A stretch of 64,000 bases of DNA from Bacteroidota bacterium (GTDB taxonomy: Bacteria; Bacteroidota; Bacteroidia; Bacteroidales; UBA10428), in the NCBI GenBank assembly GCA_016699695.1, contig CP065006.1, positions 2,494,562 through 2,558,561 of the forward strand, read 5' to 3'. The notes under the pieces were generated by a model. It ran no database searches, was not told the DNA's origin, and worked only from the letters and a program-made list of their open reading frames with translations. The translations under genes and the position numbers were made by a program. Positions 10,082 to 19,392 of the stretch are shown here, piece by piece. The stretch's first letter is position 1. Every line of letters begins with the position of its first letter.

Positions 10082-10723
10082 TTATGACCTTCCTTTTAGC
10101 ATAGGAACAAATAAAAAATCGCCATGTTCGGTACAGGTAGTTTTTTCTGCTTCGGTTTTAATTATAAGATTCATTACCTGTTTGTGATTGTCGCCTACCG
10201 GAATAATCATGCGTCCGCCTGGTTTAAGTTGAGTAACCAGGGCATCAGGAACTTCGGGTGCGCCAGCTGTTACAATAATTTTGTCGAAAGGGGCATAGGT
10301 AGGCAATCCTTTAAAGCCATCGCCGTAAAAAAATTGTGGAGAATAGCCCAATTCAAGTAATAACTTTTGCGCACCCAGACTTAAAACTTTATGTCTCTCA
10401 ATAGTAAATACCTGGGCACCTAACTCTACTAAAATAGCCGATTGATACCCTGAACCGGTGCCAATTTCAAGCACTTTATCACCTTTCTTAATTTCCAGCA
10501 TCTGGGTTTGGTAGGCCACCGTATAGGGTTGCGATATGGTTTGGTTGGCAGCAATCGGGAAGGCTTTGTCTTTATAAGCGAAATGAATAAATCCACTGTC
10601 CATAAAAAAGTGTCGCGGCACCTTATTAATAGCAGCCAACACATTTTCGTCTGTGATGCCTTTACTTCTAATCTCTTCAACGAGTCTACGCCGAAGCCCC
10701 TTGTGCAAAAAACTATCTTCCAT
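10082..10723 (-). CDS. pcm: Protein-L-isoaspartate O-methyltransferase
   Basis: ORF 10082..10774. The internal ATG at 10723 gives MEDSFLHKGLRRRLVEEI. SAM motif VLEIGTGSGYQSA and ISQPYTVA present. Confidence 0.88.
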   Translation of the reverse strand: MEDSFLHKGLRRRLVEEIRSKGITDENVLAAINKVPRHFFMDSGFIHFAYKDKAFPIAANQTISQPYTVAYQTQMLEIKKGDKVLEIGTGSGYQSAILVELGAQVFTIERHKVLSLGAQKLLLELGYSPQFFYGDGFKGLPTYAPFDKIIVTAGAPEVPDALVTQLKPGGRMIIPVGDNHKQVMNLIIKTEAEKTTCTEHGDFLFVPMLKGRS

Positions 10724-10935
10724 CAGGCTAATTTCTCCGTTTGGGGCAAAAGTAAAACTTATATTATAACCCAATCCAAATAATTATTAGGCATTGAATG
10801 TTAATAAGTATTCTATCAAAAGTCACTTTTTCGCTGGTTTGATCAACAAAGTTCTCTTTACTGATTAAGATTTTGTTGAGCCAACGCCAATATTTCTATA
10901 TTTGTGGTCAAGTATAATGCTACTCCTAATTTTGA

Positions 10936-12351
10936 ATGAACTCCAGAAATCAATTTCTTAAATACCTGATTAGTGATTACATCACGGCTATTGCTGCCTG
11001 GGTTTTATTCTATGTATACCGAAAAACACAGGTCGAACCATTGCATTTTGGTCATTCAGTGCCTATTGCATTGAACAACAAGTTTTTCATTGGAGTTGCT
11101 ATTATACCCTTGGCTTGGATATTACTTTATTTTGCTTCGGGTTATTATCGCGAAGTAATACGAAAATCGCGCCTGGCCGAACTCTGGTATACAATGCGGA
11201 TGACCTTGCTTGGGGTAGTGATAATCTTTTTTGGTTTGGTGCTCGACGATGTGGTTGAGAGCTATTCGAATTATTACCGCTTGTTTGGTGTTTTGTTTAT
11301 GCTTCAGTTTAGCCTTACTTATCTGCCCCGGCTTATTATTAGTACCCAAATGGCCAATCGCATTCACAGAGGCGAGGTTGGTTTTAATACCTTAATTATT
11401 GGAAGCAACGAAAAAGCAGTGAATGTCTATAACGAAATTCTGTCACAACCCTATAGCACTGGTAACCGCATTGTAGGCTTTATTTCGGTTAACAATGGAA
11501 ATGAACATCCCCTATCGGTTCAATTACCCCTTCTTGGTAACCTTAAAAATATCAAGCAAATTATAATTGAATTTGCTGTTGAAGAGGTTATTATTGCTAT
11601 TGAATACAGCGAACATAATATCATTGAAAAAATTCTGCATGTTTTAATTGATAGCAATGTATCTGTAAAAGCCATTCCGGGCATGTACGAGATTATAACT
11701 GGTAAGGTAAAAATGTCAGCCATTATGGGCATTCCTCTGGTTGAAATTTCTCATCAATTAATTCCTCCCTGGCAGGAAAACCTTAAGTATTTTTTAGATA
11801 TCCTTTTTTCTTTAATGGCATTAATCTTTTTATTTCCACTCATTGTATTTTTAATTATTGGAGTGAGGCTTTCTTCCAAAGGGCCAATTCTTTACAGGCA
11901 GGAGCGCTTGGGTAAAAACGGGAAAATATTTACCATACTTAAATTCAGGTCAATGTATACTGATTCCGAAAAAAATGGTCCGGAATTGTCTTCGGAAAAC
12001 GATATGCGAACTACACCCTTTGGACGATTCATGCGCCGCTCGCGACTAGATGAGATACCTAATTTTATCAATGTGCTGAAGGGAGATATGTCTTTAGTGG
12101 GGCCAAGACCAGAGCGCAAATATTATGTCGATCAGATTGTGCAAAAAGCACCTCAGTTTATCCAATTGCTAAAGGTCAGACCGGGTATTACCAGCTGGGG
12201 TCAGGTTAAATATGGTTATGCCAGAAACATCGATGAGATGATTCGTCGTATGAAGTACGACTTGATATACCTCGATAACATGTCGCTCTATGTCGATTTT
12301 AAAATAATGATCTACACCCTCAATACCATTCTGAAGCGCAAAGGGATGTAG
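10936..12351 (+). CDS. Polyprenyl-phosphate sugar phosphotransferase (WbaP/WcaJ-like initiating sugar transferase)
   Basis: 471 aa. N-terminal TM bundle plus a C-terminal bacterial sugar transferase domain (ILKFRSM, DEIPNFINVLKGDMSLVGPRPE). Confidence 0.88.
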   Translation: MNSRNQFLKYLISDYITAIAAWVLFYVYRKTQVEPLHFGHSVPIALNNKFFIGVAIIPLAWILLYFASGYYREVIRKSRLAELWYTMRMTLLGVVIIFFGLVLDDVVESYSNYYRLFGVLFMLQFSLTYLPRLIISTQMANRIHRGEVGFNTLIIGSNEKAVNVYNEILSQPYSTGNRIVGFISVNNGNEHPLSVQLPLLGNLKNIKQIIIEFAVEEVIIAIEYSEHNIIEKILHVLIDSNVSVKAIPGMYEIITGKVKMSAIMGIPLVEISHQLIPPWQENLKYFLDILFSLMALIFLFPLIVFLIIGVRLSSKGPILYRQERLGKNGKIFTILKFRSMYTDSEKNGPELSSENDMRTTPFGRFMRRSRLDEIPNFINVLKGDMSLVGPRPERKYYVDQIVQKAPQFIQLLKVRPGITSWGQVKYGYARNIDEMIRRMKYDLIYLDNMSLYVDFKIMIYTLNTILKRKGM

Positions 12352-12353
12352 TA

Positions 12354-12911
12354 TCATCTCAATTCATGCCGGTTGAGAATGACATACCTGGCGCCGGTTT
12401 TATCAAGTATACTTTCATAAAGACAAATCTCTTTAACGATCTGAGGTCCGAATGCCACATTATGTTTTACCTGTACATTTAAAATTGCTTCATAAGTGGT
12501 TGATTTATTGATTCTCCCTAAAGTAATGTGGGGCATTATTTTTGATTCGTTTTGCTTAAATCCCAGATTGTTAATCACTTCGTTTACGTTTAAGTAAAGC
12601 TTGTCCAGTTCAGGGGTTGGTTTGATGCCCATCCAAAGTACCTTAGGCTGCATGCCGCCAAAGATTCCCAGACCGTGCAATTGTATCTCGAAAGGATGAA
12701 AACAACTTGCTGTGTGTTCTAAAACTTTGTTGAGTGGATCAATCAGATTGGGCGGTGTATTTCCTAAAAAGCGAAGGGTGATATGGAAATACTCTGGTAG
12801 CATCCACTTCACACGATACTCCTCAAGTTCCTTTATTAGTGATAAATAGAAATTCTGAATGGCTCTGGTAGGTTCTACCTCAATGGCTATAAAAAGCCTG
12901 CGGTTGGCCAT
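12354..12911 (-). CDS. thpR: RNA 2',3'-cyclic phosphodiesterase (2H phosphoesterase, ThpR/LigT)
   Basis: Two HxT motifs (HITLRF, HITLGR). ATG at 12911 (MANRRLFIAIEV) avoids overlap with the upstream gene. Confidence 0.8.
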   Translation of the reverse strand: MANRRLFIAIEVEPTRAIQNFYLSLIKELEEYRVKWMLPEYFHITLRFLGNTPPNLIDPLNKVLEHTASCFHPFEIQLHGLGIFGGMQPKVLWMGIKPTPELDKLYLNVNEVINNLGFKQNESKIMPHITLGRINKSTTYEAILNVQVKHNVAFGPQIVKEICLYESILDKTGARYVILNRHELR

Positions 12912-12921
12912 TGCAAATGCA

Positions 12922-13521
12922 TCAGAGCTGACCATTTTCAATTAGCATCACAATCTCATTAATCAACTTATCTTCTCCCTCGGCATCGAAAGTTGTTTTC
13001 AGGTTATGTCCAAACACACGGGCAAGGGTTTGCCAGAAAAAAGCCGAGAAGTTCCCTTTGAGTTCTTTTAATAAGTCATATGATGTCTCACCGATTTCCC
13101 TATCAATCAATTTAATCAGAATGGTACCCTGCGAGATTGTGAGTTTTTTTAGTTCACCCTCAAATTCTTCTTTCAACTCTACTTCAACCTGGTCCATGTA
13201 TTTCCTTTTTTCCTTTTCAGTATTTAAAGTTGAAAGTTTCACAGCTACTTCATCGTACTTGTTTTTTGCCATTTTTGCGTAAGGGTAAACTTTTTTCACA
13301 TTTCGCACCAATTTCTGGTACCTGCGCATATCTCTTGGCGAGTTAAAGGTGCGCATTGGAAGTATGTATACCTCTTTAATAGAAGCAACCAGAATGGTAT
13401 CTCCATCGACAACTATTCCGTAGAGTACATTCTCACCCTTTGCAGCCAGTGTGTCCTGTGCATGCAGGTTTGCACCAAATAATAAAATAAAGGATAATAT
13501 GCTAAGGATTTTTTGCATCAT
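12922..13521 (-). CDS. DUF4294-like secreted protein
   Basis: 199 aa with a signal peptide (MMQKILSILSFILLFGANLHA/Q). Conserved-looking block KLVRNVKKVYPYAK...LTISQGTILIKLIDRE...FFWQTLARVFG. The family name is recalled, not searched. Confidence 0.6.
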   Translation of the reverse strand: MMQKILSILSFILLFGANLHAQDTLAAKGENVLYGIVVDGDTILVASIKEVYILPMRTFNSPRDMRRYQKLVRNVKKVYPYAKMAKNKYDEVAVKLSTLNTEKEKRKYMDQVEVELKEEFEGELKKLTISQGTILIKLIDREIGETSYDLLKELKGNFSAFFWQTLARVFGHNLKTTFDAEGEDKLINEIVMLIENGQL

Positions 13522-13676
13522 ACCGGTATATCACAATATTCATACCATTCGCAAAACGCATGTCTAAAAAAAAGGACAAATTTTCGAGATTTTGTTGCTC
13601 AATGCTTAAACGAAATTATAAAATTTATGTTCTACCTTTGATATGATTAGGGTGAAAAATTTAAGCTGGCGAATGA

Positions 13677-14141
13677 ATGGAAGAGAATAACAGGGAATAT
13701 ACCAATGGTGAAATAACCGTTTACTGGCGTCCGAAAGAATGCGTGCATGCAACTACTTGCTTTAGGGAATTGCGCTCGGTATTCGATCCCGGGAAGCGAC
13801 CCTGGGTAAATATGAAGGGAGCCTCGACAGAAGAGATAATTCGAATTGTAAACCTTTGCCCTACGGATGCACTTACCTATAAATATAACCAGGTAACTGC
13901 AAAACCCGCCGCATCACAGCAAATCCATATGGAGGAAAAAAATGATAGTAGCCCACTGTCAGTAGAAGTTCGGGTAATGCGCGATGGTCCTTTGGTAGTA
14001 AAGGGTGAATTTAAAGTTACCGGTGCCGATGGCCAGGAAATGAAAAAAATGAGAATTGCGTCCTTCTGCCGTTGTGGCCATTCGAACAATATGCCTTATT
14101 GCGATGGTACCCACCGTAAGATTGGCTGGGCAAGCGATTAA
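13677..14141 (+). CDS. Fe-S protein: divergent 4Fe-4S mono-cluster-like N-domain fused to a CDGSH-type domain
   Basis: 154 aa. The C-terminal CRCGHSNNMPYCDGTH matches the C-x-C-x2-(S/T)-x3-P-x-C-D-G-(S/A/T)-H CDGSH signature. The N-terminal ITVYWRPKECVHATTC...CPTDAL is ferredoxin-like. Confidence 0.75.
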   Translation: MEENNREYTNGEITVYWRPKECVHATTCFRELRSVFDPGKRPWVNMKGASTEEIIRIVNLCPTDALTYKYNQVTAKPAASQQIHMEEKNDSSPLSVEVRVMRDGPLVVKGEFKVTGADGQEMKKMRIASFCRCGHSNNMPYCDGTHRKIGWASD

Positions 14142-14173
14142 AGGCGTTAATTTTTCAATCTCAAAGAAACATC

Positions 14174-15409
14174 ATGCTACAAGCTGGAATTTTTTCTGAA
14201 ACATCTAAACTCGAAACAGTTATTATTCATCAACCAGGTGCCGAGGTAGAGAATATGACACCCGAAACTGCCGAGCGGGCACTTTATAGCGATATACTTA
14301 ATTTGCCTATTGCGCAACAGGAATACATTGAATTTAAAGGGGTTCTGCAAAAAGTGGCAGAAGTTATAGAGGTAAAGGACCTTTTGTCCAAAGCCATAAA
14401 AAATCCTGGAGCCCGTGGCGAGATAATTGACAACCTGGTATATTACTCGCAGCAACCACAGCTTCGGGTAGAGTTTAATCAGAAAAGCGATGAGGAGCTC
14501 ATTGTTTCGCTAATCGAAGGTGTGCCTATGCCGCAGTTATCGCTTTCGAACTTTTTACGCAACGATAAATTTGCCATCAATCCTTTGCATAACATGTTTT
14601 TCATGCGCGATGCATCTTTTACCATTGGCCAAAATGTGTTTATCAGTTCCATGGCCAGCGCCATTCGTAAACCTGAAGCCAGAATGATGGAAATTATTTA
14701 CAAGAATACACTTGCTCCAGGTCACAATGTGGTGTACCTCAATGAGCTTGAATCAGAGCTCATTACCATCGAAGGTGGCGATGTGCTGGTTGTTTCTCCC
14801 GAAATTCTGATGGTTGGCATTGGTCTGCGCACAAGCCCTGAAGCGGTAGATACCCTGATTCGAAAGGTGGCAACCTATCAGCCCCTAAAGTATGTGCTGG
14901 TACAGGAGTTACCTCGTAAACCAGAGTCCTTTATTCATCTCGACATGGTTTTTACTTTCTTATCCGATCACGAGTGCATGGTATACCGGCCTGTTATTAT
15001 CGACGAATCGCATTATCATTCTATTCTGATTAAGGTTGAGAATGGAGAGACTAAGGAGATTACCTACATCCGTGATCTGATTGACGGATTGAAGATTTTA
15101 GGGTTTGACTATAAGCCAATTTTTTGTGGAGGGGGTGATAAAATGTTTCAGGAAAGAGAACAATGGCATAGCGGCGCTAATTTTTTTGCATTTGCCCCAG
15201 GAAAGATTATGGGTTACGCCCGCAATATCCATACGGCTGATGCGCTGAATAGGGCAGGATATCATATTCTCACTGCCGAAGATGTAATGAATGGTCTGGT
15301 AACCATCGAAAAGCACGAAAAATGTCTGGTGACCATCGATGGTTCAGAACTTGCCCGGGGAGGAGGAGGAGCACGGTGCATGACCATGCCTCTTCGCCGG
15401 AGTTTTTAA
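14174..15409 (+). CDS. Arginine deiminase family protein (guanidino-group modifying enzyme)
   Basis: 411 aa. N-terminal SETSKLETVIIHQPG and C-terminal catalytic Cys motif GGGGARCMTMP. Confidence 0.8.
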   Translation: MLQAGIFSETSKLETVIIHQPGAEVENMTPETAERALYSDILNLPIAQQEYIEFKGVLQKVAEVIEVKDLLSKAIKNPGARGEIIDNLVYYSQQPQLRVEFNQKSDEELIVSLIEGVPMPQLSLSNFLRNDKFAINPLHNMFFMRDASFTIGQNVFISSMASAIRKPEARMMEIIYKNTLAPGHNVVYLNELESELITIEGGDVLVVSPEILMVGIGLRTSPEAVDTLIRKVATYQPLKYVLVQELPRKPESFIHLDMVFTFLSDHECMVYRPVIIDESHYHSILIKVENGETKEITYIRDLIDGLKILGFDYKPIFCGGGDKMFQEREQWHSGANFFAFAPGKIMGYARNIHTADALNRAGYHILTAEDVMNGLVTIEKHEKCLVTIDGSELARGGGGARCMTMPLRRSF

Positions 15410-15465
15410 TACTTTACAGGAGAAGGAAAGGCTTAAGAAGATTTCGGATTTCTGTTTACTCATTT

Positions 15466-16656
15466 TTAATTAAAAACAGCTTTTACCTTATCTGCTGCCT
15501 CCTGAAGTGTAATGGCCGAAAGAACTTTTAAGCCCGATTTATCGATTAATTCTTTTGCCAGTTCGGCATTGGTACCCTGCAATCTGACGATTACCGGCAC
15601 TCTTATCGATCCGATGGCCTTGTAGGCTTCTATCACACCTTCTGCCACTCGGTCGCAACGCACTATGCCACCAAATATGTTAATCAGAATCGCTTTTACA
15701 TTGGCATCTTTTAATATTATTCTAAATCCTGCCTCTACAGTAGTGGCATTGGCTGCACCCCCTACATCAAGAAAATTGGCTGGCTCACCTCCGGAGAGTT
15801 TTATGATATCCATGGTAGCCATGGCCAAACCCGCCCCATTCACCATGCATCCTACGTTTCCATCGAGTTTAACAAAATTTAGGTTGTATTTCGAAGCCTC
15901 CACTTCTGCGGCGTCTTCTTCTGAGAGGTCACGAAAATCGAGGTATTGTTTGTGACGGTAGAGAGCATTGTCGTCCAGCGTTACTTTGGCATCTGCAGCC
16001 ATTACCTGGTTGTCGGATGTCTTAAAAACAGGATTTATTTCGAATAGTGTTGCATCGCAGGCCAGATAGGCATTATAAAGTGCGCTCACAAAAGAGGTCA
16101 TTTCAACAAAGGCTTTTCCCGACAAACCTAGGTTAAAGGCGATGCGTCGTGCCTGAAAAGCTAGCAATCCAATTAAGGGGTCAATCTCCTCTTGAAAAAT
16201 AAGGTGTGGTGTTTTCTCAGCTACTGATTCAATGTCCATTCCTCCTTCGGTAGAATACATGAGGATAGGTTTTCCGGTCGCCCGGTTGAGTAGCAAACTC
16301 ATATAAAATTCCGAAACTTCACTTTCGCCCGGATAATAGATTCCTTGTTCAATCAGGATTTTATTAACTTTCTTTCCTTCCGGGCCTGTTTGGTGAGTTA
16401 CAAGAGTCATTCCTAAAATTGCACGTGCATAGGTTTCAACATCGGCCAGAGATTTGGCAATTTTTACACCACCACCTTTCCCTCTTCCTCCGGCATGTAT
16501 TTGTGCTTTCACAGCCAGGGCCATGGCTCCTGTTTCGTGCATGATCTTTTTGGCTGCATCAACGGCTTCCTGGGGTGTAAAGGCCACAATTCCCATGGGT
16601 GCTTTAACTCCATGCGTTCTTAAGATGCTTTTACCCTGATATTCGTGAATATTCAT
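15466..16656 (-). CDS. sucC: Succinate--CoA ligase (ADP-forming) subunit beta
   Basis: 396 aa, MNIHEYQGKSILRTHGV N-terminus, ATP-grasp and CoA-ligase domains. Confidence 0.95.
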   Translation of the reverse strand: MNIHEYQGKSILRTHGVKAPMGIVAFTPQEAVDAAKKIMHETGAMALAVKAQIHAGGRGKGGGVKIAKSLADVETYARAILGMTLVTHQTGPEGKKVNKILIEQGIYYPGESEVSEFYMSLLLNRATGKPILMYSTEGGMDIESVAEKTPHLIFQEEIDPLIGLLAFQARRIAFNLGLSGKAFVEMTSFVSALYNAYLACDATLFEINPVFKTSDNQVMAADAKVTLDDNALYRHKQYLDFRDLSEEDAAEVEASKYNLNFVKLDGNVGCMVNGAGLAMATMDIIKLSGGEPANFLDVGGAANATTVEAGFRIILKDANVKAILINIFGGIVRCDRVAEGVIEAYKAIGSIRVPVIVRLQGTNAELAKELIDKSGLKVLSAITLQEAADKVKAVFN

Positions 16657-16733
16657 GACTATTTTTTTACTATAGCTTACTAATGTATTTATTTTTTCTT
16701 TAATTCGCGAATGTTCTTTCTTAGCTTAAGTCT

Positions 16734-17267
16734 ATGCGCAAATTATACAACCATGAGTTAAACAGATTAACACCGGAAGAGTTTCGTGCAAGCCGAAAGA
16801 TTCCTGTGGCTGTGGTGCTTGATAATGTGCGAAGCATGAATAACATTGGCTCGGTATTTCGCACTGCAGATGCTTTTCTTATAGAGAAGCTGTATCTGTG
16901 TGGTATAACGGCTACACCACCACAAAACGAAATTCACAAAACAGCGCTGGGTGCTACCGAAACAGTAAGCTGGGTGTATGAAGCTGATACTCTAAAGGTT
17001 TTAGAAAACCTTAAAAAATCAGGTTATTGGCTATTGGCCATCGAACAAGCTGAAAATAGTATAAAACTTGGCAGCATAGCATTTGAACCAGAACTGAAAA
17101 TAGCTTTGGTATTTGGCCACGAAGTGCGTGGAGTGCAGCAAAAGGTTATAGATCTTTGCGATGCCGTGCTCGAAGTACCTCAGTTTGGTACCAAACACTC
17201 CATCAATGTTTCGGTGTGTGCCGGAATTGTTTTATGGGAGATTTCGAAGAACTACCTGATTCAGTAA
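16734..17267 (+). CDS. TrmH/SpoU family RNA 2'-O-methyltransferase
   Basis: 177 aa with SpoU motifs (NIGSVFRTADAF, LVFGHEVRGV, NVSVCAGIVLWE). Confidence 0.85.
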   Translation: MRKLYNHELNRLTPEEFRASRKIPVAVVLDNVRSMNNIGSVFRTADAFLIEKLYLCGITATPPQNEIHKTALGATETVSWVYEADTLKVLENLKKSGYWLLAIEQAENSIKLGSIAFEPELKIALVFGHEVRGVQQKVIDLCDAVLEVPQFGTKHSINVSVCAGIVLWEISKNYLIQ

Positions 17268-17282
17268 AGCAGGTATAAAAAC

Positions 17283-17318
17283 AAAAAAAGCGGAGCAATT
17301 AAATCTCCGCTTTTTTTT
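17283..17318. terminator. Bidirectional rho-independent terminator
   Basis: gcggag-N9-ctccgc hairpin flanked by A7 upstream and T8 downstream, between convergent genes. Confidence 0.8.
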
Positions 17319-17334
17319 ATGTTGTATTCAAATA

Positions 17335-19053
17335 TTATTTTACAAGGGCAGCAAAGCCTTCGCTTGCAACAAATTTACTGAATTCAGCATCTTTGATAGC
17401 ATAAGCTTTCCAGGCACCGTCGAGTTCGATAGCACGACGAAGGTTGTTGATAACCTCTTCTTCGCGACCAGCACGTGCACCAGCAACAGCTTTAAGGTAG
17501 TAGTTTATGGCTACTTCACCTTCAACTTGTCCAATGGTATTTTGTGCTTTTTCGGTTTCGCCGTTCAGCAATTGAGCAAGAGCAGAGTTAAAAGATACCT
17601 GGTTGCCGAGGTAGCTTACTGCAGCTTTATAATCGCCTTGTTGAATTTTAATGATACCAAGGTTGGCATTAACTGCATCGCCTGCGCCCATGGCTGAGGT
17701 AAAGAGTTGTTCGGCAGTTGCCATGTCGCCTTCGAGCATCGCAATTACGCCAAGGTTGTTTTTCACTACATCAATTTCTTTAATGGCTTTTGCAGCTTCG
17801 AAAGCGGCTTTGGCTTCGGCTACATTGCCAAGTTGAATCTGAACATATCCAACATTGTTGTGTGCTCTTACGCAATCAGGATATTTTTGAGCAGCTTTTT
17901 GATATACAGCTAGTTTTGCGCTATTATCGGCAATAAGAGTAGCGGCATAAAGAAGTTCCTCAAGATTTAGAGTGTCGATATTTGATTGTGTTAGTGCAAC
18001 GAGTTCTTCATCAGAATAACCTACTTTTTCAACATCAATAATCATTTGTGACCGGCGCAATTCTGGAAGAATAGTTTCTGCAATTTCGTTGTAAGCTGCA
18101 GCAATGTTTTTAATTTCTTTTTCTCTTACCGCTGGATCAGAGTGCATAGAAAGAACACGAAGGATGAGTTCTTTGTCTTTTATGTTCGAAGCTTCCATAG
18201 CAGTTTTGAAACCATCCCAGTCTTCTGCAGTAGATACTACTTTCAGGAATTCAGCGCTTTCTGCTTCTGTAACTTTAAGTTTCTTCATGGTTTGTTTCAG
18301 GTAGTTTTCGGCTGATTTACCACGGTTTTCAGAAAGTTTGGTGTTCAAATCAACTTCACCATCTGGAGAGGCATAAGCTGAAATTTTTGCTCCTTTAAGC
18401 TGAATTCTTTCGTTGGCTTGTGCTTCTTCGATTTTTTTGTTCAGTTCGGCAACTTCGGCTTTAGAAAGTTCAGTTTTTCTTACATCATATTTATTAATCA
18501 CATAAAGTATCTGAGCATTGTAGCTCTCTGGAGAAATGCGTTGGTATTTGTCACCCATCATAATTGCCTGAGGAGTAATTTGCACCAGTGTTGGTGTAGC
18601 TATAACGCCAATTGCAACAGGAATGCCAGGGATTTCTACTGGAGTTTTGTCTCCAATCTGAGCACTCATTTCAACTACAAGCTGAGATTTAAGCATTTCG
18701 GCTTTGTAAGGAATTTTACCGGTGTAGGTGTAGTTTCCACCAGCGTAAGGAATCACCTTGTTGTTGGCCTCAACGCTTTCGCCTTGTAAAATAGTAGCTT
18801 CGAATTCTGTCTGTCCACCTTCGTATTTCAATACTGGGGTTGCAGTAACAGTAGCCTTTTTGTTAAAATATTTTTCGGGGAAGGTAACGGTCATTGTTAC
18901 ATCAACTTGACCGCCGTGAGTTTCAAGTGGCGATGGAACTACCTGGTATTTTACTGTGTTTGAGTTTTCAACCATCTTGCTTAAGCCACCGCAGCTATTC
19001 AGAACTATTGTTGCTGCTGCAATTAATAGAAGGTTTAGTTTTAAATTTTTCAT
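17335..19053 (-). CDS. TPR-repeat lipoprotein, function unknown
   Basis: 572 aa. Lipobox IVLNSC|GG, C-terminal TPR-like repeats, and a central ASPDGEVDLNTKLSENRGKSAENYL segment reminiscent of OmpA-like motifs. Confidence 0.75.
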   Translation of the reverse strand: MKNLKLNLLLIAAATIVLNSCGGLSKMVENSNTVKYQVVPSPLETHGGQVDVTMTVTFPEKYFNKKATVTATPVLKYEGGQTEFEATILQGESVEANNKVIPYAGGNYTYTGKIPYKAEMLKSQLVVEMSAQIGDKTPVEIPGIPVAIGVIATPTLVQITPQAIMMGDKYQRISPESYNAQILYVINKYDVRKTELSKAEVAELNKKIEEAQANERIQLKGAKISAYASPDGEVDLNTKLSENRGKSAENYLKQTMKKLKVTEAESAEFLKVVSTAEDWDGFKTAMEASNIKDKELILRVLSMHSDPAVREKEIKNIAAAYNEIAETILPELRRSQMIIDVEKVGYSDEELVALTQSNIDTLNLEELLYAATLIADNSAKLAVYQKAAQKYPDCVRAHNNVGYVQIQLGNVAEAKAAFEAAKAIKEIDVVKNNLGVIAMLEGDMATAEQLFTSAMGAGDAVNANLGIIKIQQGDYKAAVSYLGNQVSFNSALAQLLNGETEKAQNTIGQVEGEVAINYYLKAVAGARAGREEEVINNLRRAIELDGAWKAYAIKDAEFSKFVASEGFAALVK

Positions 19054-19357
19054 AATTCAGAATAATTATTTGATTTACAATTTAGTTTTGCTGGTTACTT
19101 GTGTAATAGTTACTTACAAACATACTAATAGTTTAATAAAAAAAAAATCATTCCCCTCGAAAAGATATCAAAAAGAGTATGATTTTCTGCATGGTCACCT
19201 TGAATTTAGTGCTCGAAACCTATTCATATTATTTGCAAGTGGTTAGAAATCTTTGCTGATAAACTAAAATTAAGGATAATTTATTTTGGTCTCTTTGTTT
19301 GATCCGTCCTTGGTCTCGATTGACTGCCTGTTTTCTATGAATAAGCATCTTAAAGAG

Positions 19358-19385
19358 TCAAGGCTCCAAATCAATGGAGCCTTGA
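19358..19385 (-). terminator. Hairpin just downstream of pnp (terminator-like, weak T tract)
   Basis: 10-bp stem tcaaggctcc / ggagccttga with an 8-nt loop, 8 nt after the pnp stop. The U tract is poor. Confidence 0.45.
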
Positions 19386-19392
19386 TGCTATC

